From contig NC_091978.1 of assembly GCF_044704955.1 (NCBI RefSeq), positions 272,428,001 to 272,492,000 on the forward strand: a stretch of 64,000 nucleotides of DNA, read 5' to 3'. Shown here piece after piece: positions 50,726 through 64,000 of this stretch. The translations under genes and the position numbers were made by a program. The first letter of the stretch is position 1. Each line of letters opens with the position of its first letter. The notes beneath the pieces are model-generated. The model worked only from the letters and a program-made list of their open reading frames with translations, was not told the DNA's origin and made no database searches. Origin of the DNA: Pristiophorus japonicus. Its lineage: Eukaryota.

Positions 50726-52216
50726 CTTCTCTCACCGCCCCCCTCCCCCAGCTTGTTTTGTAACCGAACCCCGAGCCGCTGTGTCCGGATGCGAGGCCGA
50801 TTCTGCCGGCCAAACCTACAACCCTCCAGGCTTTCTTCAAGATGTTCGCTGGTGGCGTGTGAGTGAGTAAAAAAATGAGAAAACTTGTGAAATCCAACAA
50901 ATTTACACTTCTACGTTGACAGGTAAAAAAAAATTGAACTTTATTATTGATCTTGATAGTGTTCTTGACTCCCTCCAAAATCTTCGATTTAAAAACAATG
51001 GCGTCTTCCAGCGCGGATTTGTGAATGTGCGATGTTTTGTTAACTCACCAGAAGTTTTTTGTGAGTAGCCAGATACGCCAACGTAATAGAAAACAATGTT
51101 GGCCAAACTGCGAACAATTGAAAAAAAAACTCGTGCAGACATGACGTAAAAAAAAACTGGCCTAGAAAAATTGTATCTAAGTCAGTTATGCCGGCGCAGA
51201 TCACAGGGGGAAGGTTTGAAAAAAATAAATATGCCAAAAATTTGACTCAATACGCCAAAAAAAGCAGCCTACTGACAAAAAGTGGCGCTAATCACTGGCG
51301 AAAATTGAGCCCCTTATTTCAGCCTTTAATCATCAATGTGGAACCTTGACAAATGCTTTCTGAAATACAAGTGAATGTCAGAAATAGAGAGATGATTGAT
51401 ATATTAAATAATTATTCTGCTTCAATATTTACCAGGGAGATAGAACAAATGGACATGACATTGGATGATGAGATTAGTAATGAGATAAGTACTTTTAAAA
51501 TAAAAAGAGGGGGTCCATTAAATAAACTAATCAAACTCAGAGAAGATAAAACCCCTAGTCCGGATGGATTGCATCCCCACATTTTGAGGAGCCTAGATAG
51601 AGTGGATAGGAAGAGGGGTCAATAACCAGGGGACATAGGGCTCAATTTTCCACATGGGTGATTTTTAGCGCAATTGAAGAGATACATCCGATTTTTTTGT
51701 GGCCCGACTGTGCTAGAAAAAAAATGCCGCGTTCCACCAGTACTAACTTTGAATTTGGCGCAGTGCACATTGGCCTTAAGTTCTGTGGGTGGAGCTTAAG
51801 GCCTGCGCCAAAAACTGATGTTGCTTGGGTAACGAGGGATGTTCTGAAGGGCTGAGGCTGGGAATGGAAACTGACGAAGGGCTGAGGCTGGGCTGGAAAT
51901 GGAAAAAGACGCCGCTGCTATCCCGGGCCAAAAGGACCCTCGCCGGTGCACTCCTATCCCGGGTCGAATGGCCTCCCACCCCCAGGTGCGAGTGCTGCTC
52001 CTATTCCGGGCCGAAAGGTCCCCCACCCCAGGTGCCGGTGCCGCTGCTATCCCGGGCTGGAAGGCCTCCCACCCCAGGTGCCGCTGCTGCTGCTATCCCA
52101 GGCCGAAAGGCACCCACCAAAAAAAAATTCCCGTTTTGCGCATGTTGGGTGTGTTGTGCTATGCACTTCCAGAGTTGCTTATGAGTATAAAAATCGGAGC
52201 TGCTGCAATATGGATC

Positions 52217-53740
52217 ATGGGACAAAGACCAGGAATTTTCAAGCAGATGAAACTGAGGCCCCAGTTTCCATCATTGAGAGCAGATGGCACGAGCTTCAGA
52301 ACAAAGGTCCAGTTAAAGTAAAGCCCAGAGAAATGAACAAACTTGGGACAAAGTTGCCGATGATTTCTCTGCAATGGTGACCACCCTGACGACCAGCAGG
52401 CATTTCAAAAAGATGTGGCAGGACCTAGGCCAAATAGTTTCTGGAAGTAATATTTTAATTTATGCACTGGAATTACAGCAGATCCCTTCTCTTAAAAAGT
52501 TCTATTTTCATCTTTGCAGAGGAAGGTGGCGCACATAAACAGTGAGCGAACAAAAACTGGCGGAGGTTCGGCAAACGTGCACCCACTGACACCGCTGGAA
52601 GCGAGGATCGCTGGTATGATTGGTGCTGGCTCTAGAAGGTCAACAACCGGTGCACAAGCTGGGCCCAGCCTACAGAGAGAGGGTAAGTCCTCATTCATCA
52701 CAGTCCTTCAAATGAGCATGCGCTGTGTGAGCCTACTCATGTCATCCTGCCCCCTCCTCTGCTGCTAACCGATTGTCTGCTCTGTTATATTTTGCAGAAG
52801 TTGCGTCCATCTCTGAGGAATCACAAACCACTGCCACAGAAGAACAATCATTCGCAGAGGAGCCTGACCAGGATGAAGTCTTTCATGCAGAACTTCCACA
52901 GGAAGATCAGGACGAGGATGAGCAGGAGGATCAGGGGAAGCGGGAAGGCCCCAATGTTGAGACTGACACTGCAGCTGAAGGAGGTGGTGCCGCACTTGGA
53001 TGTGCCAACCCCTTTCCAGACTGCTACGAGCGAGGGGACATTTCATGCTGTCCCACAGTCCGAGGTTGCGGGTCCCAGTGGGTTGCAGCGAGCCACACCC
53101 AGGGTGAGGAGGGGAAGGAGAGCTCGAAAGCGCTCTCCTGAAATGCAGGATCCAACAGACGTGGTTCAGCTCATGGCAATGAGTGGGGAGGGCATTGAGC
53201 TTACCCAATCACTCCTGGACACCATGGGTGGGGTGGGTCATGAGATAGCGGGATTGTCGTCAGAAGTAACGACACTCTCGGGAGAAATGGGAACACTATC
53301 GCAACACATTAGGGAAGGAATGTCGGAGGCAGCTGATACGCTGTCGGGGCAGATTAGGGAGGGACTGTCGGAGGTAGGTGATACACTGCTGGGGCAGCTT
53401 GGGGAGGGAATATCAGAGTTAGCTGCTGCAATAAGGGAACACGCCACGCTCTCATTGGCCCGTGGTGAATGACGGATTCAACTGGTGACACTCGCACTCC
53501 AATTCCCAGACTAACCTCAGGTGGTGTGCTGGTGCATCCACAGTCCGAGGAAGAGGCTGAGGAGTCCTGAGCCGGGCCTGCCACAATGCCGTCTCTTAGG
53601 GCCAACACCCACCAACAACAACATCGCTGTCCACGAGATGCTTGAAAAAAGCAACTTGGTTCCAGCAGGAGAAGGCCTGCGTCACCGGCCAAGGGTAGAG
53701 GCAGCAAGGGCAAGTGCGGATTCGTGCGGTCTTAGAATAA
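52217..53740 (+). pseudogene. Harbinger Myb/SANT protein, 3 exons, decayed
   Basis: MGQRP..; exon 2 52519-52682 RKVAHINSERTKTGGGS; exon 3 from 52798; same intron positions as element 1. Confidence 0.82.
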
Positions 53741-54094
53741 GGGGGAAGAGAGATGGCTGTAGCTAAAGTTTGTTTGCTGCTGTTGTTGTTGTTACGGTTG
53801 TTATGTTATTATTATTTAACTGATCTTAATTTAAAAGTTTAAAGTTTTTAAGTCATGTAACTTGAAAAGCAAGTGATCTTAATGTAAAAGTTTAAAGTTT
53901 GTAACAAAATATTTTTATCAAGGTTAAGTACAAGTGTACAAATGTTTAATAAACCGTAATTCTTTTTTCAATTAAACCACAATCATGAATATTATTCTTT
54001 AAATTAGCAGTCAACCAACATTTGGTGACATTATTCTTTAAATTAACACAACAGTCAACCAACATGGTAAATGATCAAACGTGCCACTCAGCCT

Positions 54095-55720
54095 TCATGC
54101 AGCAAAGCGTTCAAGGATTAGCTGCTGATGCAAGGCTCTTACAATAGCTATAGGTACACGAGAGACCCCTCCTCCGCCGTCGTCTTGCTGGTTGAGGTGG
54201 TGGCATGGCTTCCTCCTGCTGCTGCTGCTCCTCCTCCTTGTCAGCCTGCTCGTTGTCTTCCTCATCCCCTGTCGCCTGAGGTTGCTCTTCAATTTCCAGT
54301 GCTTGTTGCCTCATGATCACTAAGTTGTGCAGCATGCAGCACACGACAGGGAACTGACTGACCATCTCAAGGGCATATTGCAGGTAGCCTCCAGAATGGT
54401 CCAGGCATCGGAAACGCTGCTTTATTATTCCAGTTGTCCTCTCAATGATGCTGCGTGTGGTTATGTGGGACATGTTGTACCGACGCTCGGCTTCTGTACG
54501 AGGATGGCGGGACTGACATATCAAGAAAGACTGGATCAACTGGGCTTGTATTCACTGGAGTTCAGAAGAATGAGAGGGGATCTCATAGAAACGTTTAAAA
54601 TTCTGACGGGTTTAGACAGGTTAGATGCAGGAAGAATGTTCCCAATGTTGGGGAAGTCCAGAACCAGGGGTCACAGCTAAGGATAAGGGGTAAGCTATTT
54701 AGGACCGAGATAAGGAAAAACTTCTTCACCCAGGGAGTGGTGAACCTGTGGAATTCTCTACCACAGGAAGTTGTTGAAGCCAGTTCACTAAATATATTCA
54801 AAAAGGAGTTAGATGTAGTCCTTACTACTAGGGGGATCAAGGGGTATGGCGAGAAAGCAGGAATGGGGTACTGAAGTTGCATGTTCAGCCATGAACTCAT
54901 TGAATGGTGGTGCAGGCTCGAAGGGCCGAATTGCCTACTCCTGCACCTATTTTCCATGTTTCTATTGCGTATGGTGGACATGAGCCAGGTGGCGAGCCCG
55001 TAACCCTTGTCCCCCCAGCAACCGGCTCTGCCCTTCTGGCTGCTGCTGAAAAATGGCAGATATAGCGCTCTCGTGTAAGACGAACGCATCATGGGTGCTC
55101 CCTGGACATCTGGCATCAACTGCCATGATACAATGCATGTCGTCGCAGACCAGTTGCACATTTAGTGAGTGGAACCCTTTCCTGTTCCTGTGAACCTCTG
55201 AATCATTCAAAGGTGCTCGCAAGGCGATGTGGGTACAGTCCATCACACCCTGCACCTTGGGGAAGCCAGCAATCCTCAAGAAACCCACAGCCCTGTCACA
55301 TATTGCCTGAGTAGTTATAGAAACTTGATGTGGTTGTCCCTGGGGGCATACAGAGCAGTCATGACTAGACAAATGCAGCTATGTGTCGCATGCCGCAAGG
55401 TGCAGCATACGTCCCCAGTTGAAGCCTGGAATGAACCGGAGGCATAGAAGGCATATGCTGCAGTCACCTTGACCTCTATGGGTAGTGCAGTCCTCCCGCT
55501 TCTAGGCTGCACGTCTGCCCTGATCAGTTGGCAGATCTCGGTGATCACCTCCTTCCGAAAGCGCAACCTGCAAATGCAGTCTGCCTCACTCAGGTGCAGG
55601 TATGAACGCTTCTCACTGATTCGGGTAAGGCCTCCTCGCCATCATTCTTCGAGCTCTCTGGTTCCTGAGATATTGTTGTCTTATTAATCTTCTCCTTTGC
55701 ATAGCCATGCTGCAAAACAC
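54095..55720 (-). pseudogene. HARBI1-type transposase interrupted by CR1
   Basis: FYASGSFQ, GVMDCTHIAL, NRKGFHSLNVQLVCD, GDKGY, IIERTTGIIKQRFRCLD motifs. Confidence 0.9.
54501..54965 (+). mobile_element. CR1 3' fragment in the transposase
   Basis: MAGLTYQERLDQLGLYSLEFRR; tail. Confidence 0.92.
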
Positions 55721-56559
55721 TCTTACTACACGAGGCATTGCTCGGATTACCCCCGTTGTTTCTTCTTAGTTGTAAATGAAATGAAACTACTTACACAAAG
55801 CACTCACACCTTTTCCCTCTCCCTGCAAAAGGTTGACGCCATAATCCACGGACCACACCCTGGTCTCTCCATGTGCATCACTAGGCTCGGTTTCTATGGT
55901 GACGCGACGTTCAAGGCAGAGATTTGGGGCACACACAGCACAAAATATACGGGATAACATGAAGACTGGGGGCAATATTCACTATTTGTTGGTAGCTCTG
56001 CAACAAACTCCCTCTCTGATGGTCACCGGGCTCGAGGCACGGAGCGCAGGCCAGCAGAATCGCTGGCCAAAAGGCCCTCCCCCCCCCCCCCCGCCCCCCA
56101 CCCCGGCGCCACCTTCATCCCGGGCTGAAAGGACCCCCCTGCTCCCGGTGCCGCTGTCATTCCAGGTCGAATGGCCTGCCCCACCCTGGTGCCAATGTCA
56201 TCTCGGGCTGAATGCCCCCTGCCCCTCGCTGGTGCTGTGTCTTCAGCTCAGCTAAAACAGTGGCGTTTTCTCTCCGCCGATTTTCCCTTCTCTGCGCCGA
56301 TTTCCTTAAGCGTAGGGAAGATTTTTCAAAAAGATGCCGTGCGCCGTTTTAGAAAAAAATCATACTTGGCCAGAAGTGGCGCACCCGGCAGGTTCCGCCC
56401 CTAGTGATGTCAAAAAATTGAGAACTAAAAAAATTAGACGTACCTACTTTAGAAAGGCGCAGAAACTTTGGCGAAACTTGCAGATTTTAATCTGCTCAAA
56501 AAAAATGCATCGTACGCCAAAAAAAATGACGCAGAATGGTGGCAAAAATTCAGCCTATT

Positions 56560-56835
56560 GATTTAAATTAGTTTGTAGAAGGATTAGAGGGGAGATGAGG
56601 AAAACAAATTTCACCCAGAGGTTGGTAGGGACCTAGAACTCACTGCCAGAAAGGGTAGTAGAGGCAGCAACCCTCATCACATTTAAAAAGTATTTCGATA
56701 TGCACTTGAAGAGTCGTTGCCTACAAGGCTACGGATCGACTGCTTGAAGATGGGCCTAGGTTGGGTAGCTCTTTTTCGACCAACACAGACTACGGATCGA
56801 ATGGCCTCCTTCTGTGTCATAGTTTTCTATGATTC
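56560..56835 (+). mobile_element. Old CR1 3' end (continues 51340-51637)
   Basis: Degenerate FTQR..NSLPE motif and 3'UTR gatcgaatggcctccttctgtg. Confidence 0.75.
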
Positions 56836-57110
56836 CGTATTTGCAGAAACGAGCCACCAGGTGGTGCAATATTATCATTTTAGATTAACTTAAAATGCGA
56901 CACAAAATTTTAGATCTACCATTTTTTTCTCAGTAACCAAAATTTCTAATGTCCAAAATAAGGGTTTAAACAAAATAAAAATTTGGAAAATTGCCTATTT
57001 CATAATAACATGGTTAAATTTATCCATTGAATTGTCTCGTATCCTTTAATTTCTTCACTGCAGTTTTAAAGGTGTCAGCCTTGGCTCAATGGTAGAACTC
57101 TTACCTCTGA

Positions 57111-57664
57111 GTACAGTTTTGGTCTCCGTATTTAAGAATGGATATACTTGCATTGGAGGCTGTTCAGAGAAGGTTCACTAGGTTGATTCCGAAGATGAGG
57201 GGGTTGACTTATGAGGATAGGTTGAATAGATTAGGCCTATACACGTTGGAGTTCAGAAGAATGAGAGGTGATCTTATTGAAACTTATAAGATAATAAGGG
57301 GCTTGACAAGGTGGATGCAGAGAGGATATTTCCACTCATAGGGGAAACTAAAACTAGGGGATATAGTCTTAGAATAAGGGGCCGCCCATTTAAAACTGAG
57401 ATGAGGAGAAATTTCTTCTCTCAGAGGGTTGTAAATCTGTGGATTTCTCTGCCCCAGAGAGCTGTGGAGGCTGGGTCATTGAATATATTTAAGGTGGAGA
57501 TAGACAGATTTTTGAGCGATAAGGGAGTAAAGGGTTATGGGGAGTGGGTAGGGAAGTGGAGCTGAGTCCATGATCAGATCAGACATGATCTTATTGAATG
57601 GCGGAGCAGGCTCGAGGGGCCAAATGGCCTACTCCTGCTCCTATTTCTAATGTTCTTATGTTCT
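57111..57664 (+). mobile_element. CR1 3' fragment, preceded by a tRNA-SINE head (57071-57110)
   Basis: ALEAVQRRFTRLIP; TTCTTATG tail; ggtgtcagccttggctcaatggtag head. Confidence 0.92.
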
Positions 57665-58224
57665 AACAGACGGGTAAGAGAGTGACCATATTCTCTGATT
57701 TTGATGAGCTAATTGGCAGCTCGTTTTACATCATTCACGATTTTTATTTCCATTGTCGATTCGCTATCGACCGTTTTACACTATCGCACAGTCAAAATTC
57801 CACCCCGCCCCCAATGTGCAACACCACATGATATTGGCTAGTATATTTACGTGTTACAATTAAACTCTTACAAAAAATCTTAGCCTTACTTCCTTGGTGG
57901 GACCAATCCCTAGAAAATAAGTCCTTATATCAAAATGTCACTGTTGTTGCTCACAGGATTATACCTCACACCTTCTCAACATATTTACCAGACCATCCAA
58001 TTCAGTGCTGATTTCCAATTTAAGCTAAATTACTCTCATTACATTCCCTTCTCTCCTCACAGTAGATCTTACCAAACTTGCACATCCCCAACCTCTCTTT
58101 TTTTCTCAAAGTTCCTTGAATGTGTAATCACATCCCTGCACACCTTTCTTAAAACTGCCTATTTGAATCCCTCCAATGATTTCAATCTTTAGCTCAACTT
58201 CTCTGGCCCCTCACCTTTGAATGC

Positions 58225-61056
58225 ATACCATGTTAACAGATATGATGTGATTGAGATTACAGAGACGTGGCTCCAGGATGATCAGGGCTGGGAACTCGAC
58301 ATCCAAGGGTATTCAACATTCAGGAAGGATAGAATAAAAGGAAAAGGAGGTGGAGTAGCATTGCTGGTTAAAGAGGAGATTAATGCAATAGTTAGGAAGG
58401 ACATTAGCTTGGATGATGTGGAATCTATATGGGTAGAGCTGCAGAACACCAAAGGGCAAAAAACGTGAGTGGGAGTTGTGTACAGACCTCCAAACAGTAG
58501 TAGTGATGTTGGGGAGGGCATCAAACAGGAAATTAGAGGTGCATGCAATAAAGGTGCAGCAGTTATCATGGGTGACTTTAATATGCATATAGATTGGGCT
58601 AACGAAACTGGAAGCAATACGGTGGAGGAGGATTTCCTGGCGTGCATAAGGGATGGTTTTCTAGACCAATATGTCGAGGAACCAACTAGGGGGGAGGCCA
58701 TCTTAGACTGGGTGTTGTGTAATGAGAGGATCAATTAGCAATCTCGTTGTGCGAGGCCCCTTGGGGAAGACTGACCATAATATGGTGGAATTCTACATTA
58801 GGATAGAGAATGAAATAGTTAATTCAGAGACCATAGTTCAGAACTTAAAGAAGGGTAATTTTGAAGGTATGAGGCGTGAATTAGCTAGGATAGATTGGCG
58901 AATGATACTTAAGGGGTTGACAGTGGATGGGCAATGGCAGACATTTAGAGACCGCATGGATGAACTACAACAATTGTACATCCCTGTCTGGCGTAAAAAT
59001 AAAAAAGGGAAGGTGGCTCAACCGTGGCTATCAAGGGAAATCAGGGATAGTATTAAAGCCAAGGAAGTGGCATACAAATTGGCCAGAAATAGCAGCGAAC
59101 CCGGGGACTGGGAGAAATTTAGAACTCATCAGAGGAGGACAAAGGGTTTGATTAGGGCAGGGAAAATAGACTACGAGAGGAAGCTTGCAGGGACCATTAA
59201 GACGGACTGCAAAAGCTTCTATAGATATGGAAAGAGAAAAAGGTTAGTAAAGACAAATGTAGGTCCCCTGCAGTCAGAATCGGGGAAGTCATAATGGGGA
59301 ACAAAGAAATGGCAGACCAATTGAACAAGTACTTTGGTTCGGTATTCACTAAGGAGGACACAAACAACCTTCTGGATATAAAAGGGGTCAGAGGGTCTAA
59401 TAGGGAGGAGGAACTGAGGGAAATCCTTATTAGTTGGGAAATTGTGTTGGGGAAATTGATGGGATTGAAGGCCGATAAATTCCCAGGGCCTGATGGACTG
59501 CATCCCAGAGTACTTAAGGAGGTGGCCTTGGAAATAGCGGATGCATTGACAGTCATTTTCCAACATTCCATAGACTCTGGATCAGTTCCTATGGAGTGGA
59601 GGGTAGCCAATGTAACCCCACTTTTTAAAAAAGGAGGAAGAGAGAAAACAGGGAATTATAGACCGGTCAGCCTGACATCGGTAGTGGGTAAAATGATGGA
59701 ATCAATTATTAAGGATGTCATAGCAGCACATTTGGAAAGAGGTGACATGATAGGTCCAAGTCAGCATGGATTTGTGAAAGGGAAATCATGCTTGACAAAT
59801 CTTCTGAAATTTTTTGAGGATGTTTCCAATAGAGTGGACAAGGGAGAACCAGTTGATGTGGTGTATTTGGTCTTTCAGAAGGCTTTCGACAAGGTCCCAC
59901 ACAAGAGATTAATGTGCAAAGTTAAAGCACATGGGATTGGGGGTAGTGTGCTAACGTGGACTGAGAACTGGTTGGCAGACAGGAAGCAAAGTGTAGGAGT
60001 AAATGGGTACTTTTCAGAGTGGCAGGCAGTGACTAGTGGGGTACCGCAAGATTCTGTGCTGGGGCCCCAGCTGTTTACATTATACATTAATGATTTAGAC
60101 GAGGGGATTAAATGTAGTATCTCCAAATTTGCGGATGACACTAAGTTGGATGGCAGTGTGAGCTGCGAGGAGGATGCTATGAGGCTGCAGATTGATTTGG
60201 ATAGGTTAGGTGAGTGGGCAAATGCATGGCAGATGAAGTATAATGTGGATAAATGTGAGGTTATCCACTTTGGTTGTAAAAACAGAGAGACAGACTATTA
60301 TCTGAATGATGACAGATTAGGAAAATGGGAGGTGCAACGATACCTCGGTGTCATGGTACATCAGTCAGTGAAGGTTGGCATGTAGGTACAGCAGGCGGTT
60401 AAGAAAGCAAATGGCATGTTGGCCTTCATAGGGAGGGGATTTGAGTACAGGGGCAGGGAGGTGTTACTACAGTTGTATAGGGCCTTGGTGAGGCCACACC
60501 TGGAGTATTGTGTACAGTTTTGGTCTCCTAACTTGAGGAAGGACATTCTTGCTATTGAAGGAGTGCAGCGAAGGTTGACCAGACTGATTCCCGGGATGGC
60601 GGGATTGACATATCAAGAAAGACTGGATCAACTGGGCTTGTATTCACTGGAGTTCAGAAGAATGAGAGGGGACCTCATAGAAACATATAAAATTCTGACG
60701 GGGTTTAGACAGGTTAGATGCAGGAAGAATGTTCCCAATGTTGGGGAAGTCCAGAACCAGGGGTCACAGTCTAAGAATAAGGGGTAAGCCATTTAGGACC
60801 GAGATGAGGAGAAACTTCTTCACCCAGAGAGTGGTGAACCTGTGGAATTCTCTACCACAGGAAGTTGTTGAGGCCAATTCACTAAATATATTCAAAAAGG
60901 AGTCCTTACTACTAGGGGGATCAAGGGGTATGGCGCGAAAGCAGGAATGGGGTACTGAAGTTGCATGTTCAGCTATGAACTCATTGAATGGTGGTGCAGT
61001 CTCGAAGGGCTGAATGGCCTACTCCTGCACCTATTTTGTATGTTTCTCTGTTTCTA
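58225..61056 (+). mobile_element. CR1 LINE with nearly complete ORF2 (APE endonuclease + RT), disrupted
   Basis: ITETWL, GGGVALLV, YRPPN, MGDFN, TDHN; RT ORF 59294-60385; tail. Confidence 0.96.
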
Positions 61057-61274
61057 TCCTGTGCTCTGTTCAACTCACTATCGATATAAACCCTTGTATT
61101 CATATCCTAGATCAACCTGTCAACCTCGACATATACCCGTGGTCTTGCACTCCTACAAGACTACATCGGACCACTTCCTCATCCTTAAGATCCACAATCC
61201 CTACCTTTCATCAATCCCACTGCATTCACCTTCAGCTCTCGGAAAATCTCTTCCTTAGATTCCCTTATGACTTC

Positions 61275-62761
61275 TGTTGTGTATGGAGAAAGAGTCAGAC
61301 TGAACACTGTGAGCTCAAAGTAGAGTGTGACCTTAGTCTTTTATTGCAGGTCTCCAGAGTGCCTCTCCAACCTGTGAAGCCTCTTTAAATACCTGTGCTC
61401 CATGGATTATGGGAACCCTTGGGATTGCAGGGGATGAGCCCTCTGGTGGCTGTACAGAGTAAATACAAGTCCACATATATAACAACACTCCCCCCAAAAG
61501 TCAATAGTATAACTATTTACAATGTGAGTCGATTAGGGCTCTTCTTGCCCTGGTTGATCATCTCGGTGTGAAAGCTGGTGTTGTTGAATCATTTGTTGGG
61601 CCCTCGCTGGGCTGCTGTGCAGCTGGCCTTGCTGGGCTGCCTGGTATGTTGGGCTCTGCTGGGCTGCTGTGGATGATGGGTTCTGCTTCGTGGTCAACCA
61701 TGGTGCCAGTTGCAACTGGTGTGCATTTTGGGGGATCAAAAAAGGTAGGGTCCAAGGTGGGTTGCTCAGGATAGTCCATGAATCTGAGTTTGATTTGGTC
61801 CAAGTGTTTCCGGTGAATGAGTCCATTTGAAAGTTTGACCCAAAACACCCTGCTTCCCTCTTTGGACACGACAGTGCCGGGAAGCCACTTGGGACCTTGT
61901 CCATAATTTAAGACAAATACAGGATCATTGATTTCAATCTCGCATGACACATTTGCGCTATCATGGTATGCACTTTGTTGAAGCCGCCTGCTCTCTACCT
62001 ACTCATGTAGATCAGGGTGAACTAACGAGAGCCTTGTCTTAAGTGCTCTTTTCATGAGCAGTTCAGCAGGTGGGATCCCAGTGAGTGAGTGGGGTCTCGT
62101 GCTGTAGCTAAGCAGGACTCTGGATAGGCGAGTCTGCAGTGAAACTTCATTTACCCTCTTCAGGCCTTGCTTGATGGTTTGCACTGCTCTCTCTGCCTGA
62201 CCATTGGACGCTGGTTTAAACGGGGCAGATGTGACATGTTTGATCCCGTTACGGGTCATGAATTTTTTGAACTCAGCACTGGTAAAACATTGCCCTTTGT
62301 CGCTCACCAGGACATCGGGTAGGCTGTGTGTGGCAAACATGGCCCGCAGGCTTTCAGTAGTGGCAGCGGACGTGCTAGCCTACATTATCTTAGATTCAAT
62401 CCACTTGGAGTACGCGTCTACAATCACAAGGAACATTTTACCCAAGAACGGCTCTGCATAGTCGACGTGTACCCTAGTCCACGGTTTGGAGGACCAAGAC
62501 CATAAACTTAGCGGCGCCTCCCTGGGTATATTGCTTAACTGCGAGCATGTATTACATCTGTGAACGCAGGACTCTAAGTCCGCATCGATACCGGGCCACC
62601 ACACTTGGGCTCTGGCTATCGCTTTCATCATTGCGATGCCTGGGTGGGTACTGTGGAGGTCATTGATGAAGGTGTCTCTGCCTTTCTTGGGGACTACTAC
62701 TCGATTGCCCCACAGAAGGCAGTCTGCCTGTATCGACATTTCATCTTTGCGCCACTGGAAC
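61275..62761 (-). mobile_element. Gypsy (Mag-like) element: 3' LTR (61275-61484), PPT and integrase, interrupted by another gypsy
   Basis: TG..CA LTR; LHSTHPG..CVHRCNTC, VDAYSKWIE, SNGQAER motifs. Confidence 0.92.
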
Positions 62762-64000
62762 TGTAAAGTCCTTACTCTACAGTATGAAACCACATGAGGC
62801 ACATTCTGGGGACAAGGTCACTCTGTGACCTTAACTCTTTATTCACAGGACTCCAAAAACGATGACCCTGCGTGGGACCTCCCTTTTTATACCTGTGTGA
62901 TCAGGTAAGGCAGGTCTCCCACAAGTTCACCCCCTATGATCAAGGTGTGCATCTAGGTTGAGTGTATACAGTAATACAGTGGTGTTACATTGTGGTTACA
63001 TACATGACATCACCTCCGCCCCCCCCCCCCCCACCCAAAGTCTTATTGGGATCATAGGTTTAGTCTTTCAGGTGGCAGTTGGGGCTCTGGTTGTTGGACA
63101 CTGACGTGAGTGTCTGTCACCTGTCGTGATTCTGGCCTGTCCGGGCTGACCGCCGGGACTGTGCATTCTTCTGATTGCTCTTGTTGCTCGTTCACTGGCG
63201 GTGTTGTGAGCTCCATCTCATGGTCTTCTTCAAGTTCCTCCGTGTCGATGCCAAACCTTTTTTTTACTTGGTCCAGATGCTTACTGCATATCTGACCATT
63301 GTTGAGTTTTACCACGACGACCCTATTCCCCTCTTTGTCAATTACTGTGCCCTCAAGCCATTTGTGCCCCATGGTGTGATTGAGGACGAATACAGGATCA
63401 TTTATTTCTATACATCTCCCCCTCGAATTACGGTCATGGTACTCGTTTTGTGACTTGCGCTTGCCCTCAACTATGTCGGTCAGGACTGGGTGAATGAGGG
63501 ACAACCGAGTTTTGAGTGTCAGTTTCATTAGTAGCTCTGCGGGCGGGACCCCCGTGAGCGAGTGCGGTCGGGATCTATAGGCCAGCAGGAGACGCGATAG
63601 GCGGCATTGTAGGGAGGGTCCTTGAATTCTGAGCATACCTTGCTTAATGATTTGGACTGCACGTTCCGCCTGGCCATTGGAGGCCGGCTTGAACGGCACC
63701 GTCCTGACGTGGTTGATGCCATTGCCCGACATAAACTCCCGGAATTCGTAGCTTGTGAAACATGGGCCATTATCACTAACTAGGATGTCCGGCAAGCCAT
63801 GGGTTGCAAAGATCGCATGTATGCTTTCCATGGTGGTGGATGACGTGCATGAATTCAGAATGATGCACTCGATCCATTTCGACTACGCATCTACCACAAT
63901 AAGGAACATCTTACCCAAGAACGGGCCCGCGTAGTCAACATGAATGCGTGACCATGGCCTGGTGGGCCAGGGCCACGGGCTGAGCGAGGCTTCCCTGCAG
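62762..64000 (-). mobile_element. Nested gypsy element: 3' LTR (62762-63009), PPT and integrase, running off the window
   Basis: Open ORF 63052-63831 with VSDNGPCF, SNGQAERAVQ; TG..CA LTR. Confidence 0.92.

Larger units (their letters stand above)
42459..51312. mobile_element. Full-length PIF/Harbinger transposon 1 (decayed) with nested gypsy
   Basis: TIR GGGCTCAATTTTC / GAAAATTGAGCCC; TSD CTT at 42456-42458 and 51313-51315; convergent Myb/SANT and transposase genes. Confidence 0.93.
51638..56556. mobile_element. Full-length PIF/Harbinger transposon 2 (decayed), inserted in an old CR1
   Basis: Left TIR gggctcaattttc, right aaaattcagcct; ATA/ATT flanks; CR1 sequence ..ggggacata|gatttaa.. resumes at 56560. 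Confidence 0.88.

Noticed and set aside
54095-55720. Domesticated HARBI1 gene
   Set aside because: Flanked by TIRs, frameshifted and interrupted by CR1; a transposon copy.
57071-57110. tRNA gene (also 16620-16678 and ~14140-14222)
   Set aside because: Only degenerate box A/B-like SINE heads; no complete cloverleaf.
57985-58215. Possible L2 RT relic (also 61075-61270) flanking the long CR1
   Set aside because: Too degenerate to delimit with confidence.
59197-60141. Minus-strand ORFs over CR1 (also 19270-19680, 29400-29717 and similar)
   Set aside because: Antisense shadows of LINE ORF2, recurring in each copy.

Overview
Repeat-dense vertebrate genomic DNA. The CR1/L2/RTE/Deu-SINE/Harbinger repertoire suggests a cartilaginous fish (inference). 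No complete, clearly functional host gene is visible. The window holds many 5'-truncated CR1 LINEs, RTE, L2 and Tx1 fragments, five Ty3/gypsy (Mag-like) LTR elements (the three with a visible 5' end have a tRNA-Ser-type PBS), two full-length but decayed PIF/Harbinger transposons (convergent intron-containing Myb/SANT gene plus HARBI1-type transposase), several Harbinger MITEs, five copies of a bipartite non-autonomous RTE derivative, and a CpG-island promoter with a probable tiny first coding exon on the minus strand (~22.7-23.3 kb). The most striking structure is a ~10.3 kb segment (28335-38653) bounded by matching Harbinger-type inverted ends. It carries pieces of unrelated host loci: two intron-separated TRMT10A exons and an H2B-H2A-H3 histone block, making it a candidate gene-capturing 'Pack-Harbinger'. 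Coordinates were read by eye and may be off by a few bases; family assignments rest on motif recognition, not database searches.
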